This document shows, in pieces, positions 30,728 to 45,400 of a stretch of 64,000 nt of DNA (position 1 is the stretch's first letter; every line of letters begins with the position of its first letter). A program made the translations under genes and the position numbers. The notes under the pieces are model-generated. The model was not told where the DNA came from. It was given only the letters and a program-made list of their open reading frames with translations, and did no database searches. Source of the DNA: an uncultured Chloroflexia bacterium (GTDB lineage Bacteria; Chloroflexota; Limnocylindria; Limnocylindrales; CSP1-4); NCBI GenBank assembly GCA_963763775.1, contig CAVXPZ010000004.1, forward strand, positions 480,001-544,000. The letters are read 5' to 3'.

Positions 30728-31225
30728 ATGAACTCACTCGTTCGGGACCACCTGCCGGCGACGTTCTTCGCCGAGTACCTGGGGCTCCGGAGCCAGCTCA
30801 TGGACCTCCTGACGGACGACGACCTGACGTATCGCCCGGCGCCGGGCACGTTCAGCCTTGGCGAGCTCTGTCGGGAGATCGGGGACATCGAACACTCGTA
30901 CGTCGAAGCGCTTCGGGTGTTCCGGCAGGACTTCGACTGGCGCAACCCGGATCCCCGGATCGAGCGCAGCGTCGAGGCGCTGACGGCGTGGTACGCAGGA
31001 CTGGACCGAGACCTGCTCGCCGCCATCGAGGCGCTGTCGGAGGACGACATCGCCGGCCGGCGGATCCAGCGCGGCGACTTCGAGGTGGAAGGGTTCACGC
31101 CGCTCGCCGCCCAGGAGCTCGACATCTACCGGGAGGCGTTGCTGATCTTCTACGCCAAGGTGAGCGTCTACCTGCGGGCGATGGGCCGACAGCTCCCGCC
31201 GCAATGGGAGCACTGGATCGGCTGA
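30728..31225 (+). CDS. DinB/YfiT-like protein
   Basis: LTDDDLTYRP..GTFSLGELCREIGDIE...KVSVYLRAMG four-helix pattern; AGGAGG RBS. Confidence 0.65.
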   Translation: MNSLVRDHLPATFFAEYLGLRSQLMDLLTDDDLTYRPAPGTFSLGELCREIGDIEHSYVEALRVFRQDFDWRNPDPRIERSVEALTAWYAGLDRDLLAAIEALSEDDIAGRRIQRGDFEVEGFTPLAAQELDIYREALLIFYAKVSVYLRAMGRQLPPQWEHWIG

Positions 31226-31257
31226 CCGGTCCCGGCGGGCGCCGGCCCGGACTCCCG

Positions 31258-32226
31258 TCAGGCCTGGGCGCCGGCCAGCACGGTGACGCCAACGATGATC
31301 AGGGCCACGCCCGCGACCTGGATGCGCGCGAGCCGCTCGCCGAAGAGGAGGAACGCCGCGACGGCGCTGATCGCGGCGAACTGGCTGCCCATCACCGCCA
31401 CGATCGGGATGCTCTCCCTGGCGCCCCACGCCGAGGCCGTCGAGCCGAGGATCTCGCCCGCCCCGGCCACGACGAGCAGCGGCAGGGCCGCGCGCGTCAA
31501 GCGCAGCCGACCGGCCAGGGCGATGGGGATCGTGATGACGGCGATGCCGACGAACCGTGCGGCGAGCGCGACCCACACGGCTGGCACGAAGGCGGCGGCC
31601 CGACCGCTCGACACGAGACCGACGCCAAAGACCAACGCGGCGGCGATCGCGAGGATCACGCTGCGCCGCATCTCGCGGTCGGAGACGGGTGGCGTGTGGC
31701 TCCGCGGGCCGGGCGGTGCCGTGACCGGGGGTGCCGACTCGGGCGCCGGCGTGGGTGCCGGTGCGTCGAGCGCCTCCGGGACGAAGTCCAGGTCCCCGGC
31801 CGGGACGTCGCCCGCGGCACGCTCGAAGGAGGAGAGGACCACCCCGATCGCGATGACCGCCAAGGCGACCCCGGCCACCACGCCGACCGTGTCCCCCAGC
31901 GCGATCGCGATCAGGGCGGCCACGGCGCCCTCGGTGGCGACGATCGGTGCGACGATCGAGACCTTGCCGATCGTCAGGGCCATGTAGGTCAGCATCAGCC
32001 CGAGCGCGTAGCAGATGCCCGCGACGAACAGCAGCCCGTAGGTCGACGGCTCGACGACGGCCGGCATCGGGGTGACCAGGGCGAGCGGCGCGCCGACCAG
32101 GACCCCGATGAGCATCACCCAGGCCAGGACCACGCGCGACCCGAGCATCCGGCTCGTTCGCGAGGAGCAGAGGGTGGCAGCGGCCCACAGCACGGCGGCG
32201 ATGAGGCCGCCGACGATCGCGGTCAC
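31258..32226 (-). CDS. EamA/DMT family transporter
   Basis: About ten TM helices, GKVSIVAPI, C-terminal FGERL..IQVAG. Confidence 0.88.
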   Translation of the reverse strand: MTAIVGGLIAAVLWAAATLCSSRTSRMLGSRVVLAWVMLIGVLVGAPLALVTPMPAVVEPSTYGLLFVAGICYALGLMLTYMALTIGKVSIVAPIVATEGAVAALIAIALGDTVGVVAGVALAVIAIGVVLSSFERAAGDVPAGDLDFVPEALDAPAPTPAPESAPPVTAPPGPRSHTPPVSDREMRRSVILAIAAALVFGVGLVSSGRAAAFVPAVWVALAARFVGIAVITIPIALAGRLRLTRAALPLLVVAGAGEILGSTASAWGARESIPIVAVMGSQFAAISAVAAFLLFGERLARIQVAGVALIIVGVTVLAGAQA

Positions 32227-32365
32227 GCGATGCAGTGTGCCGGGTACCATCCGGCCTCGCCGGGCGGGACCGTCCGACGGACTGTGCTACCATCCGCCTT
32301 CGCGCCCGGCGCTCGTCTCGCGCCGCGTGCCGTCGACCATCCATCACTACTGAGGTCTTCCTACC

Positions 32366-33028
32366 TTGGCCAAGACGCCCCGCACCTGGACGGGCGCTCG
32401 TACGCCGTCGGGACTCAAGCGTGTCCGTCAGGCCGAGCGTCGGAATGAAGTCCTCCAGCCGCGCCGAAGCGCGGCCAAGACCTACGTCGCCAAGGCGCTG
32501 CGCGCCGCGGCGGCGCCGGCCGAGTCTTCCGTCGAGCCGACGGTCGCCCTCGCCGAGGCCCTCAGCGCCCTCGATCGCGCGGCCAAGGCCGGGGCCATCC
32601 ACCCGAACGCCGCCGCGCGTCGCAAGTCGCGCCTGACCCGCAAGGTCAACGCGGCCCTCGGTGGTGCCCAGGTCCAGACCGCCGGCCACGTCACGAAGTC
32701 GACCGGCAAGGCCGCGGCCCAGAAGGCCGCGAAGGCCCGCATCGCCGCCGGCAAGGCCGACAAGGCCAAGGGCGCGCAGACGGCCGCCGGCAAGGCGCGC
32801 GCGGCGCTGAGCAAGACCGCCCGAGCCGAGGCCGCCGCGGCCAAGGCCGCGGAAGCCGCGACGGCCGAAGTCGCGGCCACGACCCCCGCGCCCAAGGCGG
32901 CCGCCGCGAAGACGGCCACGAAGGCCGCACCGAAGAAGACCACGGCGGCCAAGGCGGCCGCGCCGAAGACGGCCCCCAAGGCCACGGCCAAGGCCGCGCC
33001 GAAGGCGAAGAAGACCACCGAGAAGTAG
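32366..33028 (+). CDS. rpsT: 30S ribosomal protein S20 with a long Ala/Lys-rich C-terminal extension
   Basis: KRVRQAERR...RSAAKT...LDRAAKAGAIHPNAAARRKSRL; divergent from the lepA side. Confidence 0.92.
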   Translation: MAKTPRTWTGARTPSGLKRVRQAERRNEVLQPRRSAAKTYVAKALRAAAAPAESSVEPTVALAEALSALDRAAKAGAIHPNAAARRKSRLTRKVNAALGGAQVQTAGHVTKSTGKAAAQKAAKARIAAGKADKAKGAQTAAGKARAALSKTARAEAAAAKAAEAATAEVAATTPAPKAAAAKTATKAAPKKTTAAKAAAPKTAPKATAKAAPKAKKTTEK

Positions 33029-33053
33029 CTCGCGGGTTCGCCCCCGAGTCGAC

Positions 33054-33080
33054 GACGCCCCGGTCACCGACCGGGGCGTT
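33054..33080 (+). terminator. Hairpin terminator after rpsT
   Basis: GACGCCCCGGTC-acc-GACCGGGGCGTT. Confidence 0.7.
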
Positions 33081-33119
33081 CCCATGTCCGCCGGCGTCAG
33101 GCGGGCCGGGTCGCCGGCG

Positions 33120-35023
<1,904 letters not shown>

Positions 35024-36232
35024 TCAGGAAGCGGGGACGGCGGGGCGGTCGAGCAGGACGGTGACGCCCGGGAGCTCGCGGCCCTCGAGGAATTCCAGCG
35101 ACGCGCCGCCGCCGGTCGAGATATGGGTCATGCGGTCGGCGAGGCCCTGCTGGGTCACCGCCGCCACCGAGTCGCCACCGCCGACGACCACGGTCGCGCC
35201 GCCGTCCGCGCGGTCGGCCAGCATCCGGGCCACGGCGTTGGTGCCGTGGGCGAACGAGGGGATCTCGAAGACGCCGAGCGGGCCGTTCCAGAAGACGGTC
35301 TGGACGTCGGCGAGCTCGCTCATGATCAGGTCCTGGCTGGCCTTGCCGAGGTCCACGATGTGCCAGCTCGCCGGGATCTTCTCGGCGGGCAGCGTCTTGT
35401 ACTCGGTGCCGCGGGTGACTTCCTTGGCCACGATGACGTCGATGGGCAGGACGACTCGGACGCCGTTCTTCTCGGCGGTCTCGAGGATCCGCCGGGCGTC
35501 GTCGGTCCGGTCCGGCTCGGCGAGGCTCTTGCCGATGGCCTTGCCCTGCGCGAGCAGGAACGTGTTCGCCATGCCGCCGCCGAGGACGAGCATGTCCACC
35601 TTCTGGAGGAGGTGGTCGATGACCTTGATCTTGTCCGAGACCTTGGCGCCGCCGAGGATCGCGGCGAACGGCCGCTTCGGCGCGTCCATCAGGTTCGACA
35701 GCGCCGCGATCTCGCGTTCCATCAACAGGCCGGCATAGGCGGGCAGCAGCTTGGCGATGCCGACCGTCGAGGCGTGTGCGCGATGCGCCGTCCCGAAGGC
35801 GTCGTTGATGTAGATGTCCGCATAGGCGGCCAGGGCCGCCGCGAACCCGGGGTCGTTGGCCTCCTCCTCCACATGGAACCGGAGGTTCTCGAGCAGGAGC
35901 AGCTCACCGGGACGGAGCCGGTTCACGGCGTCCACGGTCCCGACCCCGAGGGCGTCGCCCGTCACCGGGACGTTGCGCCGGATCAGCTCGGTCAGGCGCA
36001 GTCCGACCGGCCGGAGCCGGAGGCTGTCCTGGACCTTGCCGTCCGGCCGGCCGAGGTGGCTGGCGAGCACGACGCGCGCGCCGGCGTTGAGGAGCAGGGC
36101 GATCGTCGGGATGGCCGCGCGGATGCGCGAGTCATCGGTGACCTTGCCGTCGGCGAGCGGGACGTTGAAGTCGACGCGGACGAAGACCCGTTTGCCCGCG
36201 ACGTCGGCGTCGCGGACCGTGAGCTTATCCAT
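35024..36232 (-). CDS. pgk: Phosphoglycerate kinase
   Basis: [44 protein letters not shown]. Confidence 0.99.
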   Translation of the reverse strand: MDKLTVRDADVAGKRVFVRVDFNVPLADGKVTDDSRIRAAIPTIALLLNAGARVVLASHLGRPDGKVQDSLRLRPVGLRLTELIRRNVPVTGDALGVGTVDAVNRLRPGELLLLENLRFHVEEEANDPGFAAALAAYADIYINDAFGTAHRAHASTVGIAKLLPAYAGLLMEREIAALSNLMDAPKRPFAAILGGAKVSDKIKVIDHLLQKVDMLVLGGGMANTFLLAQGKAIGKSLAEPDRTDDARRILETAEKNGVRVVLPIDVIVAKEVTRGTEYKTLPAEKIPASWHIVDLGKASQDLIMSELADVQTVFWNGPLGVFEIPSFAHGTNAVARMLADRADGGATVVVGGGDSVAAVTQQGLADRMTHISTGGGASLEFLEGRELPGVTVLLDRPAVPAS

Positions 36233-36250
36233 GATGGAGATGCCTTTCGG

Positions 36251-37271
<1,021 letters not shown>

Positions 37272-37490
37272 CCTGGTTCTCCTCGCGGTGCGGTCGGCGG
37301 CGGGCGCCGAACCGGGTGTGGAAGGGCTCGTGCATCAGGGCGGATCCGACGCGTGGACGGGCGTCAGGAGACCGCTGAGGCCCCAATCCTACGCCCTCGA
37401 CCCTCGAGGTGAAGGATGCGAACGGGTTGCGAGGTCGGCCTCGCCGTCCCCTCGCGTGGGAGCCGGATGGCCCTTGACGGGCCGGACATG

Positions 37491-37523
37491 GAACGACCCC
37501 CACCGGATCGGTGAGGGTCGTTC
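37491..37523 (-). terminator. Hairpin downstream of the DUF5679-like gene
   Basis: 15-bp stem with one G-U pair on the minus-strand transcript. Confidence 0.6.
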
Positions 37524-37547
37524 GGGCTTCGCGTCGCGAAGGTCGCG

Positions 37548-37688
37548 TCAGCCGCCGATCCTGAAGACCTTGCCACCACAGACCGGGCAAGTGCCCTGCA
37601 GCGCCGGCTTGCCGTTCTTCATCGTGATGTGCTGCGGGTTCTGGACTTCGACCTTCTTCTTGTCCTTGACGCAGTAGGCCTCGGCCAT
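37548..37688 (-). CDS. Small basic DUF5679-like protein (46 aa)
   Basis: MAEAYCVKDKKKVEVQNPQHITMKNGKPALQGTCPVCGGKVFRIGG; GAGGAG RBS. Confidence 0.85.
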   Translation of the reverse strand: MAEAYCVKDKKKVEVQNPQHITMKNGKPALQGTCPVCGGKVFRIGG

Positions 37689-37770
37689 CGGGCTCCTCCT
37701 CGATCTGGCGAGCGTCACGGGAACCTCTGTCCCGCACCCACTCTGGGCTTCCGTGTTCGCTGGGCTGTCG

Positions 37771-38640
37771 CTATCGCTCCTGCCAGAGCGACGGTCGCCA
37801 TCGATCCGTCGCGGCGTCGCGCTTCTGGCGGTCCATCTCGGCCAGGACGAGCAGGCTTTCGAGCCCCGTCTCGACACAGGCCGCCTCGGCCGCGTCCTTC
37901 GCTTCCCCGGTGACGAACTCGCCGGTCGTCCGGTTGGCATACACCGCACAGACGACGCCGGCTCGGCAGCGGGCGAGGGACGCGAGGACGAGGAGTGCCG
38001 ACGCCTCCATCTCGAAGTTGATGACCCGTTGCTTGGCCATCTCTTCAGCGAGGTCAGGGTAACGGATGGGCAGCTGCGGGATCGGACGCCCTTGCGCACC
38101 GAAGAATCCCGGAGCGGTCGCCGTCACGCCGACGTGGGAGCGGTGGCCCAGCCGAGCCGCCGCCTCGATGAGGGCCGCGATCGCCTCGTAGTCCGCGACC
38201 GCTGGGTAGCCATCGTGGACGAAGAAGCTCGTGGTCGCCTCGAGGCGGACGGCTCCCGTCGTGATGGCCAGATCGCCAAGCTGCATCTCCGGCTGGAGGG
38301 CCCCACAGGATCCGACCCGGATGAAGGTCGGGCGGTCCGTGATCGCGAGGATCTCCGCGACCACGATCTCGACGTTGTCGGTCCCGATCCCGGTCGAGAC
38401 CACCGAGACGCGCAGGCCGCGGTACTGACCGGTGACCGACGCGAACTCGCGATGCCGATGCTCGAGCTCGATCGAGTCGAAGCGCGTCGCGATGCGGTCG
38501 GTCCGATCAGGGTCACCAGGGAGGAGGATGTACTCGGCCAACTCTCCAGGGCCGAGTCCGATGTGGTACTGCCGTTCGCCGGTGGGGATCGCGATGCGGC
38601 GATCCGGTGGGTTTTCGACGCGGGTGTCCGCGTTCGGCAA
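37771..38640 (-). CDS. Uridine/nucleoside phosphorylase
   Basis: QYHIG, LLPGDPDR, HREF, STGIG, IRVGSCG, FFGAQGR, NFEMEAS; upstream TTGACG-N17-TATCCT promoter. Confidence 0.92.
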   Translation of the reverse strand: MPNADTRVENPPDRRIAIPTGERQYHIGLGPGELAEYILLPGDPDRTDRIATRFDSIELEHRHREFASVTGQYRGLRVSVVSTGIGTDNVEIVVAEILAITDRPTFIRVGSCGALQPEMQLGDLAITTGAVRLEATTSFFVHDGYPAVADYEAIAALIEAAARLGHRSHVGVTATAPGFFGAQGRPIPQLPIRYPDLAEEMAKQRVINFEMEASALLVLASLARCRAGVVCAVYANRTTGEFVTGEAKDAAEAACVETGLESLLVLAEMDRQKRDAATDRWRPSLWQER

Positions 38641-38715
38641 GACCGATCCCTCGCTCAGGTGCACGCTCCGCAAGCGCGAAGTTCGGCCGAGGATAGTCCC
38701 GGCTTCTCACGAGCG

Positions 38716-41553
38716 TCAAGCCGAGTCGGCCGTGCGTGGATCGTGCTCAGCCGTGCGTGACGGCAGCGTCGCCGACGACGACACGACGCCCGGGTCCGTC
38801 CTGGGTGTCTCGCCGGTGCCCACGAAGGACGCCAGACGATGCGCCACCCGGGTCGCCAGCTGCCGGTTTCGGTACCGCCGACGGGCGAGCGTCACGGCCA
38901 GCGAGGCGAGCGAAAGCCCGGCCAGCGCGCCGATGCCGGCGGCGCCGAACGGTCCGTTCGCGGGGAACGGGGTGAGGGCCGCCGAACGGTGGGTGACGTC
39001 GGCGGTGATCGTGCCGCCCGGCTGCCCCGACGGCGACGGCGAACGCGGACGCGGGCGCGGTACCGGCCGGGGTCGTCGTCCCGGTCATCGCGATGGCGGA
39101 TGCGTCCTCCACGATGACGACCGGCCCGGCCGCGCTCCGGTCCACGCGACCGGAGACGTTGATCGCATCGCCGACCTCGACGAGGTCGAGCAGGTCGACC
39201 GCGGTGCCACGGACCTGGACACTCCCGATCGCGGTGCCGTCGTCGAGGCGGAAACCGCCGGACTGGAGGTCGACCACGAGACCGCCGATCCGCACGGTCC
39301 GGCCGATCGCGGCCGCCAGATCGCGGATGTCGACGTCCGGCGCGGAGGGGAACGCAGCGGCAGCGGCGGTCGGGGACGCGCCGGCGGCGGGCGCTGTCGA
39401 AGAGGTGCCCGTCGTCGGGCGACCGGCCGCGGCGCTGCCGACACCTGCTGCTGCAGAGGCCGCATCGACGTGCACGTCCGAGCGGTCCCGCGGCAGGACC
39501 GCGAACCGCCGATCCGTCGCCGTGGGATAGGGCCGGCGGACGATGCCAACGACCGTCGCCAAGCGGCCCTCGATGAGGCGTTCCACGGGGATGGCGGCCC
39601 CGGCCTGGCCGATCACCACGACCGAGGCCGCGCCGACGCGCAGCTCGGCCCGCCACCGGTCACCGAGCTTGCGGACCGTGTCGATCCGACCCCTCACCGT
39701 CACGAGCCGCCACTCCTGGGCTTCGGTCGGGTTGGCATGGATGGCGAGGGGCGTCGGCACGGTCGCGGTCCCTTGACGGGCGAGACGCACGGCGTCGAGC
39801 CTCGGCGCGCCGTACGCCCGCCCGATCGACCCTTCTGCGCGAACCTGCGTCCCGACCGGCGGGGCCGGGACATCCTTGGGCAGGTGGACCTCGATGGCCC
39901 CGGTCGCGTCCTGGACGACGATCCGCCGCCCGGACGCGTCGAGCAGGGCCGCCGGGTGCGGTGACGACGGCGACGATCGCGACCGCGTGACCCGTGGCCT
40001 TCCTGGCCGCGACGATCGTCACGACCGCCGGCGCGGGTGTCGGGCTGGCCGTCGGCTTGGGCGTGGCCGTCGACTTCGGGGTCTTGCTCGGCGTCGGCGA
40101 GGGCGTGGGCATCGGCACCGGCGCCGCCGTGCGCGTGATGTCGCCACGATCGCGCGGCCACAGCCGATAGCCGTCGAGCGCGCCGGCCCGGGTGGCGTGC
40201 TGGCCGCCGATCCCCACGACGTGGTACGTCGCGCCGACCTCGACGTCGGTGGTGACGAGACCGCTCGAGGCATCGGCGACGACCTTCACCTCGCCCCCGG
40301 TCGCCCGCTGGAGGTAGAAGGTCACGTCCCCGCCCGAGGAGCGCGTCGGCCGTTTCGCCAGGACGCCGTCGACCGAGACCAGGCGGCCCTCCGTCGACTC
40401 ATCGAGCCCGGCCGTCCCGAGCGGCGCCGGACTCGGCATCGCCCCCGTTCCGAGCACCACGACCCCGTCGGTCGCCGGCCGCAGCTCCGATTGACCGTAT
40501 GGCGCGGCGAGCTTGCCGCGGACCTCGACGAGCGTGCCGCGAGTGGGCAGCGCGCTCGTGGCCGGGAGGCGGACGCCGAGGCCGCCGGTGAGGTCCGCGA
40601 TCGTGATCACCCGCGGGATGCCTGTGCGGCCCGCCTCGCCCACCACTGTGCCGCGGACCACGACCGATGCCGCCGCCGGCATGGCTCGCGCCGCCGCGAT
40701 GTCGACGACCGAGGCGGGCGTCGGGACCGGCGTGGGCGTCGGGGTCACGCCGGGCGTGGGCGATGGTGTCGGAGCGGGTGTCGGGATCGGCGTCGGCACC
40801 GGTGTCGGAGCGAGGGTCGGCGTGGGCGTGGGCGTGGGCGGGGGCGCCGCGGTCGGCACGGGCGTCGGCACGACCGTGGGTGCGGGCTCGTCGACCGGGG
40901 TCGGAGTCGGGGTCGGCGTGGTGCCCGGGACCGGTGGCGCCGCCAGACCCTGCGGCGACGGCGCGGTGTTCACGACGAAATCGGCGGCGCCGTCGTTCGT
41001 GTCGATGCCGTTGCCCGCTGCCCCGCCCGGGCGCCGCTCGAGACTCGAGCCGGTTGCCGGCGCCGTGGCCGCCGTCCCCTCGACGAACCCGCTCGCGGCG
41101 TCGCCCCATCCCAGGGAATCCACGACCGCCCCGCCGACGACGCGCAGCGCGATGGCTCCACCCGTCGCCGCCAACCCGCCCGTGTAGGTCGCGTCGGCGA
41201 TCGCGGCCTGCACCCCGCTCGCGTTGGCGATGAGGATCCGCCGGCCCGGTTCGAGGACCGTCGTGGTCGACCCAGGTCGCCTTCCGGGTCACGGTCGAGC
41301 CGGATGCGGTCACGTACACGACCTCGAGACCGCCGAGATCCACCGCGACCGCCCCTTGATTGGCCACCTCGACGAACTCGTCCGACGCGGAGGCGCCGCC
41401 CGTCTGGACCTCGCTGATGACGAGGCTCGAGACCGGCCAGCTCACGGCCGCCGCGAACGACAGCGCGGGTGGCGCCGGCGACCACGCGGAGATCCCGACC
41501 GTCCAGGCAGCGACAAGGGACACGGCGATCCGAACGATCCGGGCACGAGCCAT
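38716..41553 (-). CDS. Secreted, membrane-anchored lamin-tail-domain protein with PT-rich linkers and several OB-fold domains; multiple frameshifts
   Basis: Signal peptide, [20 protein letters not shown] (LTD), TPTP linkers, repeated IxDxTG.I/L and G..V.V.G OB-type segments, C-terminal TM helix followed by RRR. Confidence 0.7.
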
Positions 41554-41705
41554 GACTGACCTCCCGGCGGGGCACGGGTGGCGGTCATCGGGCGAGGACG
41601 TCGTTGTACCGACGGACGGTCAACCGCCGCTTAGCTGCGGCTCGATACGGGCGCCATCGACTACGATGCGCACCACGACAGCCGTCACCCATGACAGGAG
41701 ACACC

Positions 41706-42431
41706 GTGGCCCGCGCCAAGAGGACCGATCGCGCAGAGGCGCGCCGCCGCTATCGAGCCGAGATGGGCGTCGCCGACGGCGTCGAGGGGACCGACGATGT
41801 CGTGGATGCGGGGGGCACCGCGACCGCCGCGGCGACCAAGCCGCGCCCGCGCACGGACCCGAAGTTCTCGAGCCCGCCCGGCAAGCTGAGCATCACGGCG
41901 GCCTTCCGCGAGTCGATCCACCCGGTCAACCTCCGCGAGGACCTGCGGGCGCTGCCCTGGCTGGCCATCCATACGAAGGCCCTCTGGGTCCCCAGCCTCA
42001 TCACCATCGTCAGCGCCATCGCGTTCACCATCACCGCGGGCTCGGACTTCGTCACCCGCTTCGGGTTCGCCTACTTCGTGCAGACGCCCGCGATCGGCAG
42101 CGTCTTCCTCGCCGGATTCCTGGCGCCCCGGGCCAGCTGGCTGATCGGCGCGATCGTCGGCGTCATCGCCGCCGTGTGCTACTCGGCCGTGATCGCGTAC
42201 GTCGCGCTCGGGACGACAGAGGCCGCGATCGCGCGCGACGCGATGATCTCGTCGGTGTTCCTGTCCCCGGTCATGGGCGCGCTGTTCGCGGCCGCCGCCG
42301 CCTGGTACCGCCGGTTCCTGCAGCTGTCGAACCCGAACCGCGGCCGCCGCGCGGCGGCCCCGAAGAAGACGGGCAACGACGGCAAGTCCCGCAGCGCCGG
42401 CGCATCGAAGGCGACCGGCGCCCGGCGCTAG
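41706..42431 (+). CDS. Membrane protein of unknown function
   Basis: AGGAG RBS, four hydrophobic helices, basic termini. Confidence 0.7.
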   Translation: MARAKRTDRAEARRRYRAEMGVADGVEGTDDVVDAGGTATAAATKPRPRTDPKFSSPPGKLSITAAFRESIHPVNLREDLRALPWLAIHTKALWVPSLITIVSAIAFTITAGSDFVTRFGFAYFVQTPAIGSVFLAGFLAPRASWLIGAIVGVIAAVCYSAVIAYVALGTTEAAIARDAMISSVFLSPVMGALFAAAAAWYRRFLQLSNPNRGRRAAAPKKTGNDGKSRSAGASKATGARR

Positions 42432-42450
42432 TCCTCTCGGGCAAGGCCGT

Positions 42451-45400
42451 TCAGCCGAGCCGCCGCATCCCGGCATAGCCGGTCTGCCGGACGCCGTCTG
42501 GCCGATCCGGCCCGCCGGCAGCGGCGGCCAGCTCGGGGAGGGCCCGGACGTCGCGGGCCACGACGTTCACGACCGAGCCCTCGCGCTGGAGGTCGCCGTC
42601 GATGAGCAGCAGCGCGTGCCGTCGGACCACGGACCGCAGCCGCGCCCAGGTGTCCGGCCAGAGCGTGACGTTGGCCATCCCGGTCTCGTCCTCCACCGCG
42701 AGGAAGACCGTGCCCTTCGCCGTCATCGGGTGCTGGCGGGTCACGACCAGGCCCCCGATCCGGACCGGCCCGGGACGGTGCTCGGAGAGCGCCGCGTTGG
42801 TCACCGCGCCCATCCGCTCGAGCACGGGCCGGAAGAGTTCCGTCACCTGGTGCCGCGCATCGAGCCCGATCACCGCGTAGGTGTCGCCGATCCGCTCCGA
42901 TTCGGTGAGCGGCGGGAGGTCCGGCGCATCCGTCGCGGGTAACCGCAGGTCCATCGCCCGGCCAGCCGAGGCCTTGGACCGGCCGGCGGATGCGGAGCGG
43001 CGACCCGCCACTTCCCGGAGCTGCCAGAGCAGTTCCCGCCGTGGCCGACCCAGCGAATCGAGCCCGCCGGTCCGGATCAGCCGCTCGAGCACCTCCTCGG
43101 GGAGCCCGGTCCGCTCGACGACGTCCTCGAGCGAGGTGTACGGCCCGCGGGCCAGTTCGCCGTCGAGGAGCGCGGCGTGCTGCTCGCCGATCCCCTTGAC
43201 CAGGTGGAGGCCGAGGCGGACGCCCCAGCCGGCGGTGACCTCCGGGACCCAGCGCTCGAGCGATGCGGGCGAAGGGATGACGCAGGCCGGTGCGCGGATG
43301 GGCTCCGGACGGGCGGCGATCCCCGTCCCCGGGGGCAGTGGCTCGCCGGGCCGGCCCACCCACTCGGTCGTCGTCTTGTAGCTGGACGCATTGAGATCCA
43401 CCGGGAGCACCGCGACGCCATGGCGCTTCGCATCGTTGACGAGCACCTCCACCGGGTAGAAGCCCATCGGCTGGGCGTTCACGAGCCCGACGAGGAACTG
43501 CGCCGGGTAGAAGAGCTTGAGGAACGACGACTCGTAGGCCGTCCGTGCGAAGGCGGCCGCGTGCGACTTCGCGAACCCGAACGACGCGAACGCGGCGACC
43601 TGGCGGAACAGCTCCTCGGCCGTCTCCTCGGCCATGCCCGGCTGCCGGAGGCAGCCGTCGACGAACCGGCGGTGCAGCTTCTCCATCTCGCGGCTCGAGC
43701 GCCACGTCCCCATCGCGCGCCGGAACCCGTCGCTCTCGCCCGGGGAGAACCCGGCGACCTCGATCGCGACGCGCATGACCTGCTCCTGGTAGAGGATCAC
43801 GCCCATCGAGTCCTTGAGGACGGGCTCGAGTGAGGGGTGGAGGTACGTCACCGGCTCGAGGCCCTGTCGGCGACGCAGGAAGGGGTGGACGGCGTTCCCC
43901 TGGATCGGGCCAGGGCGGATGATCGCCACCTCGACCACCAGGTCGTCGAGGTTCTGCGGCCGGGACTTGGGCAGCGTCTGCATCTGCGCCCGGCTTTCCA
44001 CCTGGAAGACCCCGACCGTGTCCGCGGCCTGGAGCATCTCGAAGACCTCGGGCACGTCCTCGGGCAGCCGGTCGAGATCGAGACAGACCGCGCAGTCGTG
44101 CTCGATGAGCTGCATCGTCTCGTCCATCGCGGCGAGCATCCCGAGTCCGAGCAGGTCGAGCTTGATGAGCTTGAGCGTCTCGACGTCGCGCTTGTCGAAC
44201 TGGACCACGACCCGGTCCACCATCGTCGCCCGCTCGATGGGGGCGATGTCGATGAGCGGCGCCGCGGTCACGAGCATCCCGCCCGAGTGGATCGAGAGAT
44301 GGCGCGGGAAGCCGTCGATGCGGGCGCAGAACTCGAGCCAGCGCTCCCAGTCGCTCATGCCCACCGTCGAGCCGCCACGGGCCTGCGGGGGCGGCTCGGG
44401 CTCGACCCGCGCGACCGAGGAATGGGCGCCCGCGGCCCCCTGGTCGGCCCGCCGCGGGGCCGGCGGATCCCAGTGGTTCGGCCGCCCGAGCTTGTCCGTC
44501 CGCCGGGGCGGCGGGAGGAGCTGGCCGCTCTCGGGATCGATGGGCTCGTACCCGGTCCCGCGGCCCGCCCGCAACCAGGCCACGCTCGCGGGCGTATCGC
44601 CCGGCCCACCCTCGTCGTCGGAGGTGCCACCGCTCCGGATCGCCGTGCGCGGCGCCAGCGGGTCGTCCGAGTCCCGCGGGTCCGACCCCCCGGCCGCCGA
44701 CGGATCGTCCCCCGCCGGGATGTCGCCCTCGCCGAGCCAGGCGAACGGTCGCGGTGCGTTCGGGTCGTCCGGCGTCGACGGCTGGCGCCAGGGCGGGACC
44801 TTGCCGACGAGCGGGACTCGCTGCTGCAATCGGCCCATCCCGTCGACGAGGCCGTGCGCCTCGGCCTGCTCGGCGGCGATGGCCTCGGCCGGCGTCCGTT
44901 CGTCGACGCGTCGGAAGAACTCGGCGAACCCGCCATCGGCCTCGAGGTCGCGCCGGACCATCACCGAGTCGTAGGTCTCGAGCGCCTTGGCCACCCGGTC
45001 GACGAGCGGCCGCGGGAACCCCAGGGCGTACCCGACCTCGCGCACCGCGGACCTCGCCCGGTACGTGACGAGGTTGCAGACCATCCCGGTGTGGTCGGGC
45101 CCGTAGCGGCCGTAGATGTACTGGATGACCTCCTCCCGGCGCGCCGAGCTGAAGTCGATGTCGACATCCGGGTACGTGGTGCGGCCCGGATTGATGAACC
45201 GCTCGAACAGGAGGTTGTGGGTGATCGGCTCGACCCGGCTGATCCCGAGCGTGTACGACACGATCGAGCTGGTGGCGCTGCCCCGGCCCTGCGCCGGGAT
45301 CCCCTGCTCCTTCGCGAATCGCATCAGGTCCCAGCAGATGAGGAAGAACTCGGCGAGGCCGGCCCGCTCGATGACGTCGAGCTCGTGGGCGAGCCGCGTC

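Noticed and set aside
40715-40925. Short tandem DNA repeats
   Set aside because: They encode the Pro-Thr linker of the LTD protein
44360-44910. Intein in DnaE2
   Set aside because: No Cys/Ser start with His-Asn end and no homing endonuclease motifs; the sequence is low-complexity
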